From Candidatus Limnocylindria bacterium (GTDB taxonomy: Bacteria > Chloroflexota > Limnocylindria > QHBO01): a stretch of 64,000 nt of DNA. A program made the position numbers and the translations under genes. Position 1 is the stretch's first letter. Every line of letters starts with the position of its first letter. Below the pieces are notes generated by a model, which did not search any database, was not told the origin of the DNA, and worked only from the letters and a program-made list of their open reading frames with translations. Of this stretch, positions 19,403-28,168 are shown one piece after another. The stretch covers positions 933-64,932 of the forward strand of contig JBBSHF010000001.1 in the NCBI GenBank assembly GCA_038253355.1, written 5' to 3'.

Positions 19403-19572
19403 CGCTCCTCGGGTTGTGCGGTTCGGTGGGGATGCTAGAAGCGGTGGTGGAATGGTCAAGGTACCTGCGCGTGGCCCACGCAGTACTTGCGTACCGTTCG
19501 GGTGCGGTCGGATGGGGAGCGCGGCGGCACAGCCCCCGGGCCGATGGCCGGGGGCCGGTGGATGCGATCGGA

Positions 19573-19581
19573 TGCTATACT
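19573..19581 (+). promoter_or_regulatory. rpsB promoter candidate: extended -10 TGcTATACT followed by CCCGC, with a ~180-nt leader
   Basis: Motif identical to the rplS and acpP candidates. Confidence 0.4.
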
Positions 19582-19762
19582 CCCGCTGGCCCGATTCCCG
19601 CGGTTGTACATCGCCGTGCACCCGGATCGGGCGGAATACCCCATTACACACGTCCGCTGATTCGGCGGCCATCGGTGCCCTGACTGCGACCGCGCGTCGC
19701 GCCCGGGTCGGCCGTTTTACGAAGACGACGGCGGGCGGAGGAAAGAACCGGAGGAATCACTC

Positions 19763-20749
19763 ATGGCTGCAGCCAGCATGAAGCAGCTGCTCGAGGCCGG
19801 CGTCCATTTCGGACACCAGACCCGGCGCTGGAACCCGAAGATGCGCGAGTACATCTTCGCCGAGCGCAACGGAATCCACATCATCGACCTGGCACAGACG
19901 GTCACCCGCCTCGACGCGGCGCTCGACTTCATCCGCCAGACGATTCGGCACGGCGATAGCATCCTGTTCGTCGGCACCAAGAAACAGGCCCAGGAATCGT
20001 TGAGGACCGAGGCCGAGCGCAGCGGCCAGCACTACGTCAACAACCGGTGGCTCGGCGGCATGCTGACCAACTTCACGACCATCAAGCGGCGCGTGCAGCG
20101 GCTCGATGCGCTGGAAGCGCGCCGTGACGCGGGCGAGTTCGAGCGGCTGACCAAGAAGGAGGCCAGCAAGCTCACCGAAGAGATCGAGAAGCTCAACCGC
20201 GCGCTGGGCGGCATCCGGCGCATGCGGCGCGTGCCTGGCGCCATGTTCGTGGTCGACCCGCACCGCGAGTCGATCGCGGTCGCCGAGGCGCGACGGCTCG
20301 AGATCCCGATCGTCGCCATCACCGATACGAACTGCGACCCCGATCTCATCGACTGGGTGATCCCCGGCAACGATGACGCGATCCGCGCCGTGAAGCTCAT
20401 CTGCGGCCTGGCCGCCGATGCGGTCCTCGAAGCGCTGCAGGAGCGCCAGTCGCGGCTCGACGAGGAGTTCGAGCAGGCCGAGGCGCTACCGCCGGTCGAC
20501 GAGGCGGCGCTGGCCAACGAGTCCGACTACAGCGCGGCGCTCGCCAGCGGGGAGGCGCTCGTCTTCGAGCCCGAGCCGGAGGAGGACGAGGACGAAGAGC
20601 GTCGCGCTCGTGCTCGCCGCGCTGCCGAGGTCGACGAGATGGACGAGGTGAGCGCAGCGGGCGCGGTGGGCACTGTAGACGAGGTGCCCGCGGAGCCGGC
20701 CGAGAAGGAGCCGGCCGAGAAGGAACCCGCCGAGAAGGAGCCGGCCTGA
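19763..20749 (+). CDS. rpsB: 30S ribosomal protein S2 with an acidic repetitive C-terminal tail
   Basis: [31 protein letters not shown]. Confidence 0.9.
   Translation: MAAASMKQLLEAGVHFGHQTRRWNPKMREYIFAERNGIHIIDLAQTVTRLDAALDFIRQTIRHGDSILFVGTKKQAQESLRTEAERSGQHYVNNRWLGGMLTNFTTIKRRVQRLDALEARRDAGEFERLTKKEASKLTEEIEKLNRALGGIRRMRRVPGAMFVVDPHRESIAVAEARRLEIPIVAITDTNCDPDLIDWVIPGNDDAIRAVKLICGLAADAVLEALQERQSRLDEEFEQAEALPPVDEAALANESDYSAALASGEALVFEPEPEEDEDEERRARARRAAEVDEMDEVSAAGAVGTVDEVPAEPAEKEPAEKEPAEKEPA
20698..20742 (+). repeat. 3 x 15-bp in-frame tandem repeat (GCCGAGAAGGAGCCG) encoding (AEKEP)3 at the rpsB 3' end
   Basis: Read directly. Confidence 0.6.
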
Positions 20750-20791
20750 AGCGCCGAGAGCGGCAGCGGTCGATTCAACAAGGAAGGAAGC

Positions 20792-21427
20792 ATGACCAGC
20801 ACGATGATCAAGCCGGAGGACGTGAAGCGCCTTCGCGAGAAGACGGGCGCGGGCATCATGGATTGCAAGCGTGCCCTGGAGGAGTCTGACGGCGAGGTCG
20901 ACAGGGCGGTCGTCTGGCTGCGCGAGAAGGGCCTGGCCACGGCAGCCAAGAAGGCGGGACGTAGCGCCCGCGAGGGGATCGTGACCAGCTACATCCATCA
21001 CGGCTCGCGGCTGGGCGTCCTGCTGGAGCTGAACTGCGAGACCGATTTCGTGGCGCGCACGGACGACTTCCAACAGCTGGCACGCGAGCTGGCGATGCAG
21101 GTCGCCGGGCTGGCGCCGCTGTACGTCTCCCGCGACGATGTGCCGGCCGAGGTGCTCGACGAGCGCAAGCAGGCGTTCGCCGAGGACGCCCGCATCGATG
21201 GCCGTCCGGCCGACCGGCTCCCGATGATCGTGGAAGGCAAGCTCAACAAGTGGCTTGAGTCGGTCTGCCTGCTCGAGCAGCCGTTCCGCGACACCGATCG
21301 CAAGATCGGCGACCTGATCAGCGACAAGGTGGCCGTGCTGGGCGAGAACATCCGCGTTGCTCGCTTCGTGCGCATGGCCGTGGGCGAGAGCGCCGCGCAG
21401 GCCAGCGAGGATGCGGAGGCCGCCTAG
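20792..21427 (+). CDS. tsf: Elongation factor Ts (short form)
   Basis: VKRLREKTGAGIMDCKRAL UBA-like N-terminus; LGVLLELNCETDFVAR. Confidence 0.9.
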   Translation: MTSTMIKPEDVKRLREKTGAGIMDCKRALEESDGEVDRAVVWLREKGLATAAKKAGRSAREGIVTSYIHHGSRLGVLLELNCETDFVARTDDFQQLARELAMQVAGLAPLYVSRDDVPAEVLDERKQAFAEDARIDGRPADRLPMIVEGKLNKWLESVCLLEQPFRDTDRKIGDLISDKVAVLGENIRVARFVRMAVGESAAQASEDAEAA

Positions 21428-22174
21428 GTGACGCTCGCCGCAACCTCCGCCGCTCCGGTCTACTCCCGTGTGCTGCTCAAGCTCTCGGGCGAGGCGCTGA
21501 TGGGCTCGCAGGGGTACGGGATCGACCCGGTGGTGGCGCGGGCCATCGCACTGCAGGTGGCCGAGGCGACGCAGGGTGGCGTCCAGGTGGCGATCGTGGT
21601 CGGCGGCGGCAACATCTTCCGCGGCCTCGCCGCGGCGGCACACGGCATGGATCGGGCCATCGGCGATTACATGGGGATGCTGGCGACCGTCATGAACGGT
21701 CTCGCCATCCAGGATGCGCTCGAGCAGCTCGACTGTCCGACGCGCGTGATGAGTGCGATCGCCATGAACGAGATCTGCGAGCCGTACATCCGCCGCCGCG
21801 CGGTGCGCCACCTCGAGAAGGGCCGCGTGGTGGTCCTGGTGGCCGGCACCGGCAATCCGTACTTCACGACCGATACGGCCGCGACGCTGCGCGCGGTGGA
21901 GATCGCCGCCGAGGTCATCCTCAAGGCGACCCGGGTGGACGGGGTGTACGATGCCGATCCCGAGAAGGAACCCAACGCGCAGCGCTACACGCGGATCGGC
22001 TATACCGAGCTGCTGGCGAATCGCCTGGAGGCACTCGATGCCACGGCCGTGAGCTTGGCGATGGACAACGAGATGCCCATCGTGGTGTTCGACATGACCC
22101 AGCCCGGCAACATTGTCCGCGCGGTGCGCGGCGAACCGATCGGAACGCTGATCGCTGGAGAGGTGACCCGATGA
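21428..22174 (+). CDS. pyrH: UMP kinase
   Basis: [11 protein letters not shown]; [10 protein letters not shown]. Confidence 0.9.
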   Translation: MTLAATSAAPVYSRVLLKLSGEALMGSQGYGIDPVVARAIALQVAEATQGGVQVAIVVGGGNIFRGLAAAAHGMDRAIGDYMGMLATVMNGLAIQDALEQLDCPTRVMSAIAMNEICEPYIRRRAVRHLEKGRVVVLVAGTGNPYFTTDTAATLRAVEIAAEVILKATRVDGVYDADPEKEPNAQRYTRIGYTELLANRLEALDATAVSLAMDNEMPIVVFDMTQPGNIVRAVRGEPIGTLIAGEVTR

Positions 22175-22728
22175 CGCACGAAGCCCTCGCCGCCGTCGAG
22201 CCGAAGATGCAGCGCGCCATCGAAGCCATGGAGCGCGATTTCAGCGCCGTCCGCACCGGGCGCGCCTCGACCGCCCTGGTTGAGCGCATCAACGTCGACT
22301 ACTACGGCAGTCCCACGCCGCTCAACCAGATTGCCGGCATCTCGACACCTGACGCGCACCTGATCGTGATCCAGCCATGGGACCGATCGGTCCTGTCGGC
22401 GATCGAGAAAGCGATCACCAAGAGCGACATCGGTCTGACGCCAAACGTGGACGGCACCGTCGTGCGCCTCAACGTGCCGCCGCTCACCGAGGAGCGCCGT
22501 CGCGAGATGGTCAAGCAGGTCCGTCGTCGGATGGAAGAGGCACGGGTCGAGGTGCGCAATCTCCGCCGCGATGCCGCCGACCAGCTCAAGAAGGCGATGC
22601 GCGACGGTGACCTGTCCGAGGACGAGGAGCGCCGCGAGCTCGAATCACTGCAGAAGCTGACCGACCGCCACACCGATGCCGTGGATTCGCGCGGTGAGCG
22701 CAAAGAAGCTGAAGTGATGGAGGTCTGA
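22171..22728 (+). CDS. frr: Ribosome recycling factor
   Basis: [28 protein letters not shown]...[11 protein letters not shown]. Confidence 0.9.
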   Translation: MTHEALAAVEPKMQRAIEAMERDFSAVRTGRASTALVERINVDYYGSPTPLNQIAGISTPDAHLIVIQPWDRSVLSAIEKAITKSDIGLTPNVDGTVVRLNVPPLTEERRREMVKQVRRRMEEARVEVRNLRRDAADQLKKAMRDGDLSEDEERRELESLQKLTDRHTDAVDSRGERKEAEVMEV

Positions 22729-22771
22729 CGAGCTGCCGCTCCGTGAGCACCCGCGACACGTCGCGATCATC

Positions 22772-23425
22772 ATGGACGGCAACCGTCGCTGGGCGGCGTC
22801 GCGTGGCCTGCCCAGCATCGCCGGGCACGTCCAGGGCGTGGAGGCCATCAAGCCAATCGTGCGGGTCGCACCCGACCGCGGCATCGAGGTCCTTTCGCTG
22901 TACGTCTTCAGCCAGGAGAATTGGCGTCGCCCCGATGAGGAGGTGAGCGGCCTGTTCGGTCTGATCGACGGTGCCGTGCGCCAGAACACCGATGAGCTCG
23001 TCGAGCAGGGCGTCCGCGTGCGTGTCATCGGGCGCCTGCATGAGGCCCCCAGTGATGTGCAACGGTCCATCCGGGAAGCCGAGGAACGAACCCGGGGTGG
23101 CGGGCGAATGGAGCTGAACATCGCGTTCAACTACTCCGGGCGCAACGAAGTCATCGATGCCGTGCGGGCCATCGTGGCCGCCGGCGTGTCCGCTGCCGAC
23201 GTCGACGAAGAGCGCATCGCGGAGCAGCTGTACACCGCCGGCCAGCCTGACCCGGATCTGATCGTGCGCACCGGCGGCGAGCAGCGCACCAGCAACTTCC
23301 TGCTCTGGCAGGGCGCGTACGCCGAGCTGGTCTTCTGCCCGATCCTGTGGCCCGATTTTCGGATGGCCGATCTCGATGCCGCCCTGGCCGAGTTCGCTCG
23401 TCGCCAGCGGCGTTACGGGGCCTAG
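22772..23425 (+). CDS. uppS: Undecaprenyl diphosphate synthase. Conserved N-terminal residues (PRHVAII) are encoded in-frame upstream of the first ATG, so the true start is uncertain
   Basis: DGNRRWA, ALTLYVFSQENWRR-like (LSLYVFSQENWRRP) and RTGGEQRTSNFLLWQ motifs. The frame is open from 22718, with no ATG/GTG/TTG before 22772. Confidence 0.85.
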   Translation: MDGNRRWAASRGLPSIAGHVQGVEAIKPIVRVAPDRGIEVLSLYVFSQENWRRPDEEVSGLFGLIDGAVRQNTDELVEQGVRVRVIGRLHEAPSDVQRSIREAEERTRGGGRMELNIAFNYSGRNEVIDAVRAIVAAGVSAADVDEERIAEQLYTAGQPDPDLIVRTGGEQRTSNFLLWQGAYAELVFCPILWPDFRMADLDAALAEFARRQRRYGA

Positions 23426-23428
23426 GAG

Positions 23429-24328
23429 GTGCTGCGCACCCGCGTCATCAGCGCCGCGACCCTGGGGCCGCTGGTGGTGCTGGTCGTTCTCATCGGCGAA
23501 CCGTGGCTATCGCTGATGGTCGGGCTGATCGCCTTTCTGGCGCTGGTCGAGCTGATCGCGCTGCTGGATGCCGGTGGCTTTGAGCCTCCGCAGGTGCTCG
23601 GCCTGCTGATCGGTCTGGCGATGACGGCGGCCGGGCTGGTCGCCGCCAATCAGGCGCAGGTCGGTGGCCTGCTCAGCGACCTGCTGCGCGCCACCGACCC
23701 CCCGGGCCTGGTGGCCATCGTCTTTGCCGGGTCGCTCATCCTGCTGGGCGTGGTCGGCTTCACCCGCGCCGACCCGGGGAAGGGTTTCGTGACCTGGGCA
23801 GTCACCACCTTCGGCGTGGGCTACGTGGGCGTCCTGGCACCGTTCTTCGTGCTGGTCGCGCACCTCGGACCGCCGGGCGGAACCGCGACGACGCCCCTGG
23901 GGCTGCTGAATCTGCATTCCGGTACCGCTTGGAGCCTGATGCTGATCCTCGTGGTATGGGGCTATGACAGCGGCGCCTACCTGAGCGGACGCTGGCTCGG
24001 GCGGCGGCGTCTGATCGACCATATCAGCCCCTCGAAGACCGTCGAGGGGTTGGCTGGCGGGCTGGTGACGTGCACGATCGCCGCAGGGATCGGCGCGGCG
24101 CTGATCGGGCTGCCAGCCTGGCAGCCGCTGATCATCGGTCCGCTGGTCGGCCTCGGCGCCCAGGCGGGCGACCTCGCCGAGTCGATGCTGAAGCGCGCCG
24201 CGGGGCGCAAGGAGTCGGGCTTCCTTGTTCCCGGGCACGGCGGGATCCTGGATCGGATCGACTCGTTTCTCTTCGCGGCGCCGATCCTGGCCGCCTGGGC
24301 GCTGCTGGTTGCCGGCTTCGGCCTGTGA
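23429..24328 (+). CDS. cdsA: Phosphatidate cytidylyltransferase
   Basis: Multi-TM protein with a SPSKTVEGLAGG signature and a C-terminal GGILDRxDS motif. Confidence 0.85.
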   Translation: MLRTRVISAATLGPLVVLVVLIGEPWLSLMVGLIAFLALVELIALLDAGGFEPPQVLGLLIGLAMTAAGLVAANQAQVGGLLSDLLRATDPPGLVAIVFAGSLILLGVVGFTRADPGKGFVTWAVTTFGVGYVGVLAPFFVLVAHLGPPGGTATTPLGLLNLHSGTAWSLMLILVVWGYDSGAYLSGRWLGRRRLIDHISPSKTVEGLAGGLVTCTIAAGIGAALIGLPAWQPLIIGPLVGLGAQAGDLAESMLKRAAGRKESGFLVPGHGGILDRIDSFLFAAPILAAWALLVAGFGL

Positions 24329-25473
24329 CCGGTGTCGCCCTGCTCGGCTCAACGGGGTCGATCGGCCGCCAGACGCTCGAGGTGATCGCCGCGCATCGCG
24401 ATCGCTTCACGCTGCGCGGATTGGCGGCCGGACATGCCGATCCCAGCTTCATCGCGCAGCTCGCCGAGTGGCCCGCCGCGCGCGCCTGGACGCCCGGGAC
24501 ACGGCCCGACGATCTGACTTCAACGCGGTGGGCCGATGGTGGCCTGAGCGAGCTCGCCACCGCCGATGGGGTGGAGCTCGTGGTGGTGGCCACCACCGGC
24601 ATGACCGCGCTGCCCGCGGTCCTGGCGGCGCTCTCCGCTGGGCGCCGCGTCGCCCTGGCCAACAAGGAGACGCTGGTCACCGGCGGGCACCTGGTGACGC
24701 GCCTGCTCGACGAGCGTGGCGGTGACCCACTCGACCTGCTGCGGCCCATCGACAGCGAGCACTCGGCGATCTGGCAATGCCTGCTCGGCGAGCGGCTGGA
24801 CAGCGTGACGCGCCTGGTGCTGACTGCCAGCGGCGGACCGTTCCTCGATCGCCGTGCTGACCAGCTGACGGACGTGACGCCCGCCGAGGCCCTCGCTCAT
24901 CCGACCTGGCGGATGGGCCCCAAGATCACGATCGACTCGGCGACGCTCGTCAACAAGGCGTTCGAGGCGATTGAGGCCAGATGGCTGTATCGGGTGGCCT
25001 ACAGTAAGATTGCGGCCGTGATCCACCCCCAGAGCGTCGTGCACTCGCTCGTCGAGTTCCGCGACGGCTCGTTCAAGGCCCAGCTTGGCGTGCCCGACAT
25101 GCGACTGCCCATCCAGTTCGCGCTGAGCTATCCCGATCGGCTGCCCTCGCCGGCCCGCCACGCTCCCCCCGAGATGTGGGGCGACCTGCATTTCGCCGCG
25201 CTGCAGCAAGGCCACTTTCCGGCGTATGACATCGTGCGTGACGCGGCGTCCGCCGGCGGCAACCGGGGTACCGTCCTGAACGCTGCGGACGAGGTGGCGG
25301 TCGCCGCCTTCCTGTCGGGGAGCATCCCCTTTCCGCGCATCGGCGCGGTGATCGAGGCAGCGGTCGATCGCTGGGGGAGCGACGGCGAGCCGCAGCTCGA
25401 TGCGCTGAGGGCGCTCGATAGCGAGGTGCGCGGTGCACTGAGCATCGAGCTCGGCATGCAGGTCGGTGCCTGA
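24325..25473 (+). CDS. dxr: 1-deoxy-D-xylulose 5-phosphate reductoisomerase
   Basis: VALLGSTGSIGRQTL NADPH-binding N-terminus; LANKETLV; SEHSAI. GTGA overlap with cdsA. Confidence 0.9.
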   Translation: MTGVALLGSTGSIGRQTLEVIAAHRDRFTLRGLAAGHADPSFIAQLAEWPAARAWTPGTRPDDLTSTRWADGGLSELATADGVELVVVATTGMTALPAVLAALSAGRRVALANKETLVTGGHLVTRLLDERGGDPLDLLRPIDSEHSAIWQCLLGERLDSVTRLVLTASGGPFLDRRADQLTDVTPAEALAHPTWRMGPKITIDSATLVNKAFEAIEARWLYRVAYSKIAAVIHPQSVVHSLVEFRDGSFKAQLGVPDMRLPIQFALSYPDRLPSPARHAPPEMWGDLHFAALQQGHFPAYDIVRDAASAGGNRGTVLNAADEVAVAAFLSGSIPFPRIGAVIEAAVDRWGSDGEPQLDALRALDSEVRGALSIELGMQVGA

Positions 25474-26594
25474 TGGCGATTCTCGGCACCGCGCTGGCCT
25501 TCATCGGCGTGCTGGTGGTGCTGGTGCTGGTCCATGAGCTCGGCCACTTCGTCGTGGCAAAGCTGGCCGGCATCACCGTCCAGGAGTTCGGCGTCGGCTT
25601 CCCGCCGCGGATCGCGTCGGTCACCTGGCGCGGGACGCGCTACTCGGTCAACTGGATCCCGCTCGGCGGTTTCGTCAAGATGCTCGGCGAGGACGGCGAC
25701 CTCGAGGCGGAAAAAATGCGCGAGCGCGGTATCTCCGACGCGGCGATCGAGCGTGCCATGGTCGGCGCCTTCAACCGTAAGCCGGTCGTGGTCCGCCTGG
25801 CGGTCCTCTTCGCCGGGGTGGTCATGAACTTTCTGCTGGCCGCCGTGCTGTTCAGCTGGGCCTTCAGCGTGTCCCAGCCGGTCGGCGTGCCGCCGCTGAC
25901 GGTGACCGAGATCCAGGCCGACAGCCCGGCGCAGGGTCGCCTGCAGGTGGGTGACCGGATCGTCTCGGTCGATGACCGTCAGTTCCCGCGCGCCCTGGGT
26001 ATGGTCGACTACATCGGCGCACAGGCGGGTCACCAGGTGAAACTGCAGGTCGTTCGAGATGGCAAGCCGATCGAGGTCGCGGTGACGCCTCGCCACCTGA
26101 GCGATGCGCAGCGCGAGGCGGGCAAGGGTCCGGTCGGCTTCGGCCTGCGCTCCGAGGTGGTGATGGCTCCGCCGCGCGCCGCCTCGCTGCCCGAGGCCAT
26201 CGGCGCGGGCGTGGGCGTGACTGCCGACATCGCCGTTCAGATCCCGGGCGGTCTGGCGCGCACCGTGGCAGGGCTCATCGGCCTGGCCCCGAACACCGGC
26301 GACGCGCGCGGACCGATCGGTATCGCGCAGGCCACCGGGGAGGTGCTCTCCGAGCCGCTCTTCAGCCAGCTCACCTTCGTTGGGCTGCTCTCCGTCAACC
26401 TGGCCGTGCTCAACGTGCTGCCCTTCCCGCCGCTCGACGGCGGCCGCATCGCGGTCACCCTGCTCGAGGCGGTCCGGCGGCGTCGACTGCCGGCCGAGCG
26501 CGAGGCGCTCATCTACCTGACCGGCTTCCTGGTGCTCATCGCACTGGTCATCCTGATCTCGATCCAGGACATCCAGCGCCTGCCGGGAGGCTAG
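25473..26594 (+). CDS. rseP: RIP zinc metalloprotease RseP (site-2 protease)
   Basis: HELGHFVVAK (HExxH) in TM1; a PDZ domain; LDGG motif in the C-terminal TM region. Confidence 0.85.
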   Translation: MAILGTALAFIGVLVVLVLVHELGHFVVAKLAGITVQEFGVGFPPRIASVTWRGTRYSVNWIPLGGFVKMLGEDGDLEAEKMRERGISDAAIERAMVGAFNRKPVVVRLAVLFAGVVMNFLLAAVLFSWAFSVSQPVGVPPLTVTEIQADSPAQGRLQVGDRIVSVDDRQFPRALGMVDYIGAQAGHQVKLQVVRDGKPIEVAVTPRHLSDAQREAGKGPVGFGLRSEVVMAPPRAASLPEAIGAGVGVTADIAVQIPGGLARTVAGLIGLAPNTGDARGPIGIAQATGEVLSEPLFSQLTFVGLLSVNLAVLNVLPFPPLDGGRIAVTLLEAVRRRRLPAEREALIYLTGFLVLIALVILISIQDIQRLPGG

Positions 26595-26645
26595 GCAAGC
26601 TTCGTTCGGCCACCGCCCGCGGCGGCCACATCGGTCAATCCGGCG

Positions 26646-26675
26646 TTGGCCAAGATCGGCTTCGGCTGGTATACT
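26646..26675 (+). promoter_or_regulatory. nusA-infB operon promoter candidate: -35 TTGGCC (26646-26651), 18-nt spacer, extended -10 TGgTATACT (26667-26675)
   Basis: Read directly. Same -10 family as the other promoters. Confidence 0.45.
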
Positions 26676-26728
26676 TCGCTCGGTTTCGCCGGCCGTGCTG
26701 AAGCCAAATCGATACGTGTTGCGTAGTG

Positions 26729-26762
26729 ACGTGGGTCGGTTCGCCAACCCACGTTTGTTTTT
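26729..26762 (+). terminator. Intrinsic-terminator-like attenuator in the nusA leader: perfect 8-bp stem ACGTGGGT / ACCCACGT, 10-nt loop, then TTGTTTTT
   Basis: Read directly. Lies between the candidate promoter and the nusA RBS (GGAGGTG at ~26776). Confidence 0.5.
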
Positions 26763-26784
26763 CGTCTGCGAGAGCGGAGGTGCG

Positions 26785-27915
26785 ATGGTGAGCCGAGATT
26801 TCATCGGTGCTCTGCTGCAGCTGAATGCGGAGAAGGGTGTCCCCAAGGAGATCCTGATCGAGACGCTGGAGCAGGCCATCGAGTCGGCCTATCGTCGGAA
26901 TGCCGAGGCGCCGGAGAACGTGGTCGTCAAGGTTGACCCCGAGTCCGGCCAGATCAGCGTCTTCCGCGAGTACGACGTGGTCGCCACGCCCGAAGAGGTC
27001 GAGGACCCTGAGCTGCAGATGCTGGTCGCCGAGGCGCAGCAGATCGACCCGGCGACTGGTGTCGGCAGCAAGGTCCGTGTTCCAGAGAACGTGACACAGG
27101 CTCAGCTGGGCCGCATCGCCGCGCAGACCGCCGGGCAGGTCTACCGCCAGCGCCTGCGCGAGGCCGAGCGCGACGTGGTCTACAGCCAGTACGCCAGCCG
27201 CGAGGGCGAGATCATGACCGGCGTGGTGCATCGCACCACCGACTCGGCCGTGGTGCTCGATATGGGCAAGGGCGTCGAGGCGGTCCTGGCGGTCAGCGAA
27301 CAGCTGCCGTCGGAGCACTACCGCATCGGCCAGCATCTGAAGGTCTACGTGCTGGAGGTGCGTCGTACGACGCGCGGGCCGGTGCTCGTCGTGAGCCGCA
27401 CGCACCGTGGCTTCCTGCGGCGCCTGATGGAAATGGAGATCCCCGAGATCTACAACGGCACGGTCGTCATCCGCGGCATCGCACGCGAGGCCGGGAGCCG
27501 TTCCAAGGTGGCGGTCGAGAGCCGCCAGGCAGGGGTCGACGCCAAGGGCGCGGCGGTCGGACAGCGCGGCGCGCGCATCCAGGCGATCGTCGCCGAGCTG
27601 AACGGCGAGAAGGTCGACGTCGTGCTCTGGCACGAGGACGCCGGGCAGTACGTGGCAGAGGCGCTCTCGCCAGCCGAGGTGCTCAGCGTGCGCATCGACG
27701 AGGAGCACAAGATCGCCAACGTGGTGGTTCCCGAGCGTCAGCTCTCGCTGGCCATCGGCAAGGAGGGCCAGAACGCCAGGCTTGCCGCAAAGCTGACCGG
27801 CTGGCGGATTGACATCCGCTCTGACGCGGGCGTGGCCGCCGCCGCAGGCGGTGAGCCCGGCGACGAGGGCCGGGTTGCCACGGAGGCGCCGGTCGATGCC
27901 GAAGCGACGACCTGA
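26785..27915 (+). CDS. nusA: Transcription termination/antitermination factor NusA
   Basis: S1 plus two KH domains (IAIGKEGQNARLAAKLTGWRIDI). 376 aa. Confidence 0.9.
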   Translation: MVSRDFIGALLQLNAEKGVPKEILIETLEQAIESAYRRNAEAPENVVVKVDPESGQISVFREYDVVATPEEVEDPELQMLVAEAQQIDPATGVGSKVRVPENVTQAQLGRIAAQTAGQVYRQRLREAERDVVYSQYASREGEIMTGVVHRTTDSAVVLDMGKGVEAVLAVSEQLPSEHYRIGQHLKVYVLEVRRTTRGPVLVVSRTHRGFLRRLMEMEIPEIYNGTVVIRGIAREAGSRSKVAVESRQAGVDAKGAAVGQRGARIQAIVAELNGEKVDVVLWHEDAGQYVAEALSPAEVLSVRIDEEHKIANVVVPERQLSLAIGKEGQNARLAAKLTGWRIDIRSDAGVAAAAGGEPGDEGRVATEAPVDAEATT

Positions 27916-28168
27916 GCATATCCCGATGCGAACCTGCGCGGTCTGCCGCCAGGTTCACCCGAAGCGATCGATGACCCGCTTGGTGCGCGGTGCCGGCGGA
28001 ACCATCGGACCCGATGCCAGCGGCCAGGCCGCCGGTCGGGGAACGTATGTCTGTGAAGATCCTGCCTGTCGGGACCCGCGACGCCTGGCCGAGGCTGTGC
28101 AGCGAGCGCTCGGCGCGACGTTCGAGCCGGATGTGCCCGTAGACGAGGAGAACCATGCCGCCACGTAG
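27896..28168 (+). CDS. ylxR: YlxR/RnpM (DUF448) family RNA-binding protein
   Basis: MRTCAVCRQVHPKRSMTRLVR...GRGTYVCEDPAC motif. Conserved nusA-ylxR-infB position. Confidence 0.8.
   Translation: MPKRRPEHIPMRTCAVCRQVHPKRSMTRLVRGAGGTIGPDASGQAAGRGTYVCEDPACRDPRRLAEAVQRALGATFEPDVPVDEENHAAT

Noticed and set aside
22715-22775. Possible programmed +1 frameshift fusing frr to uppS
   Set aside because: A Frr-UppS fusion has no precedent or mechanistic rationale. Non-canonical initiation or reinitiation is the simpler explanation, and is kept as a finding.
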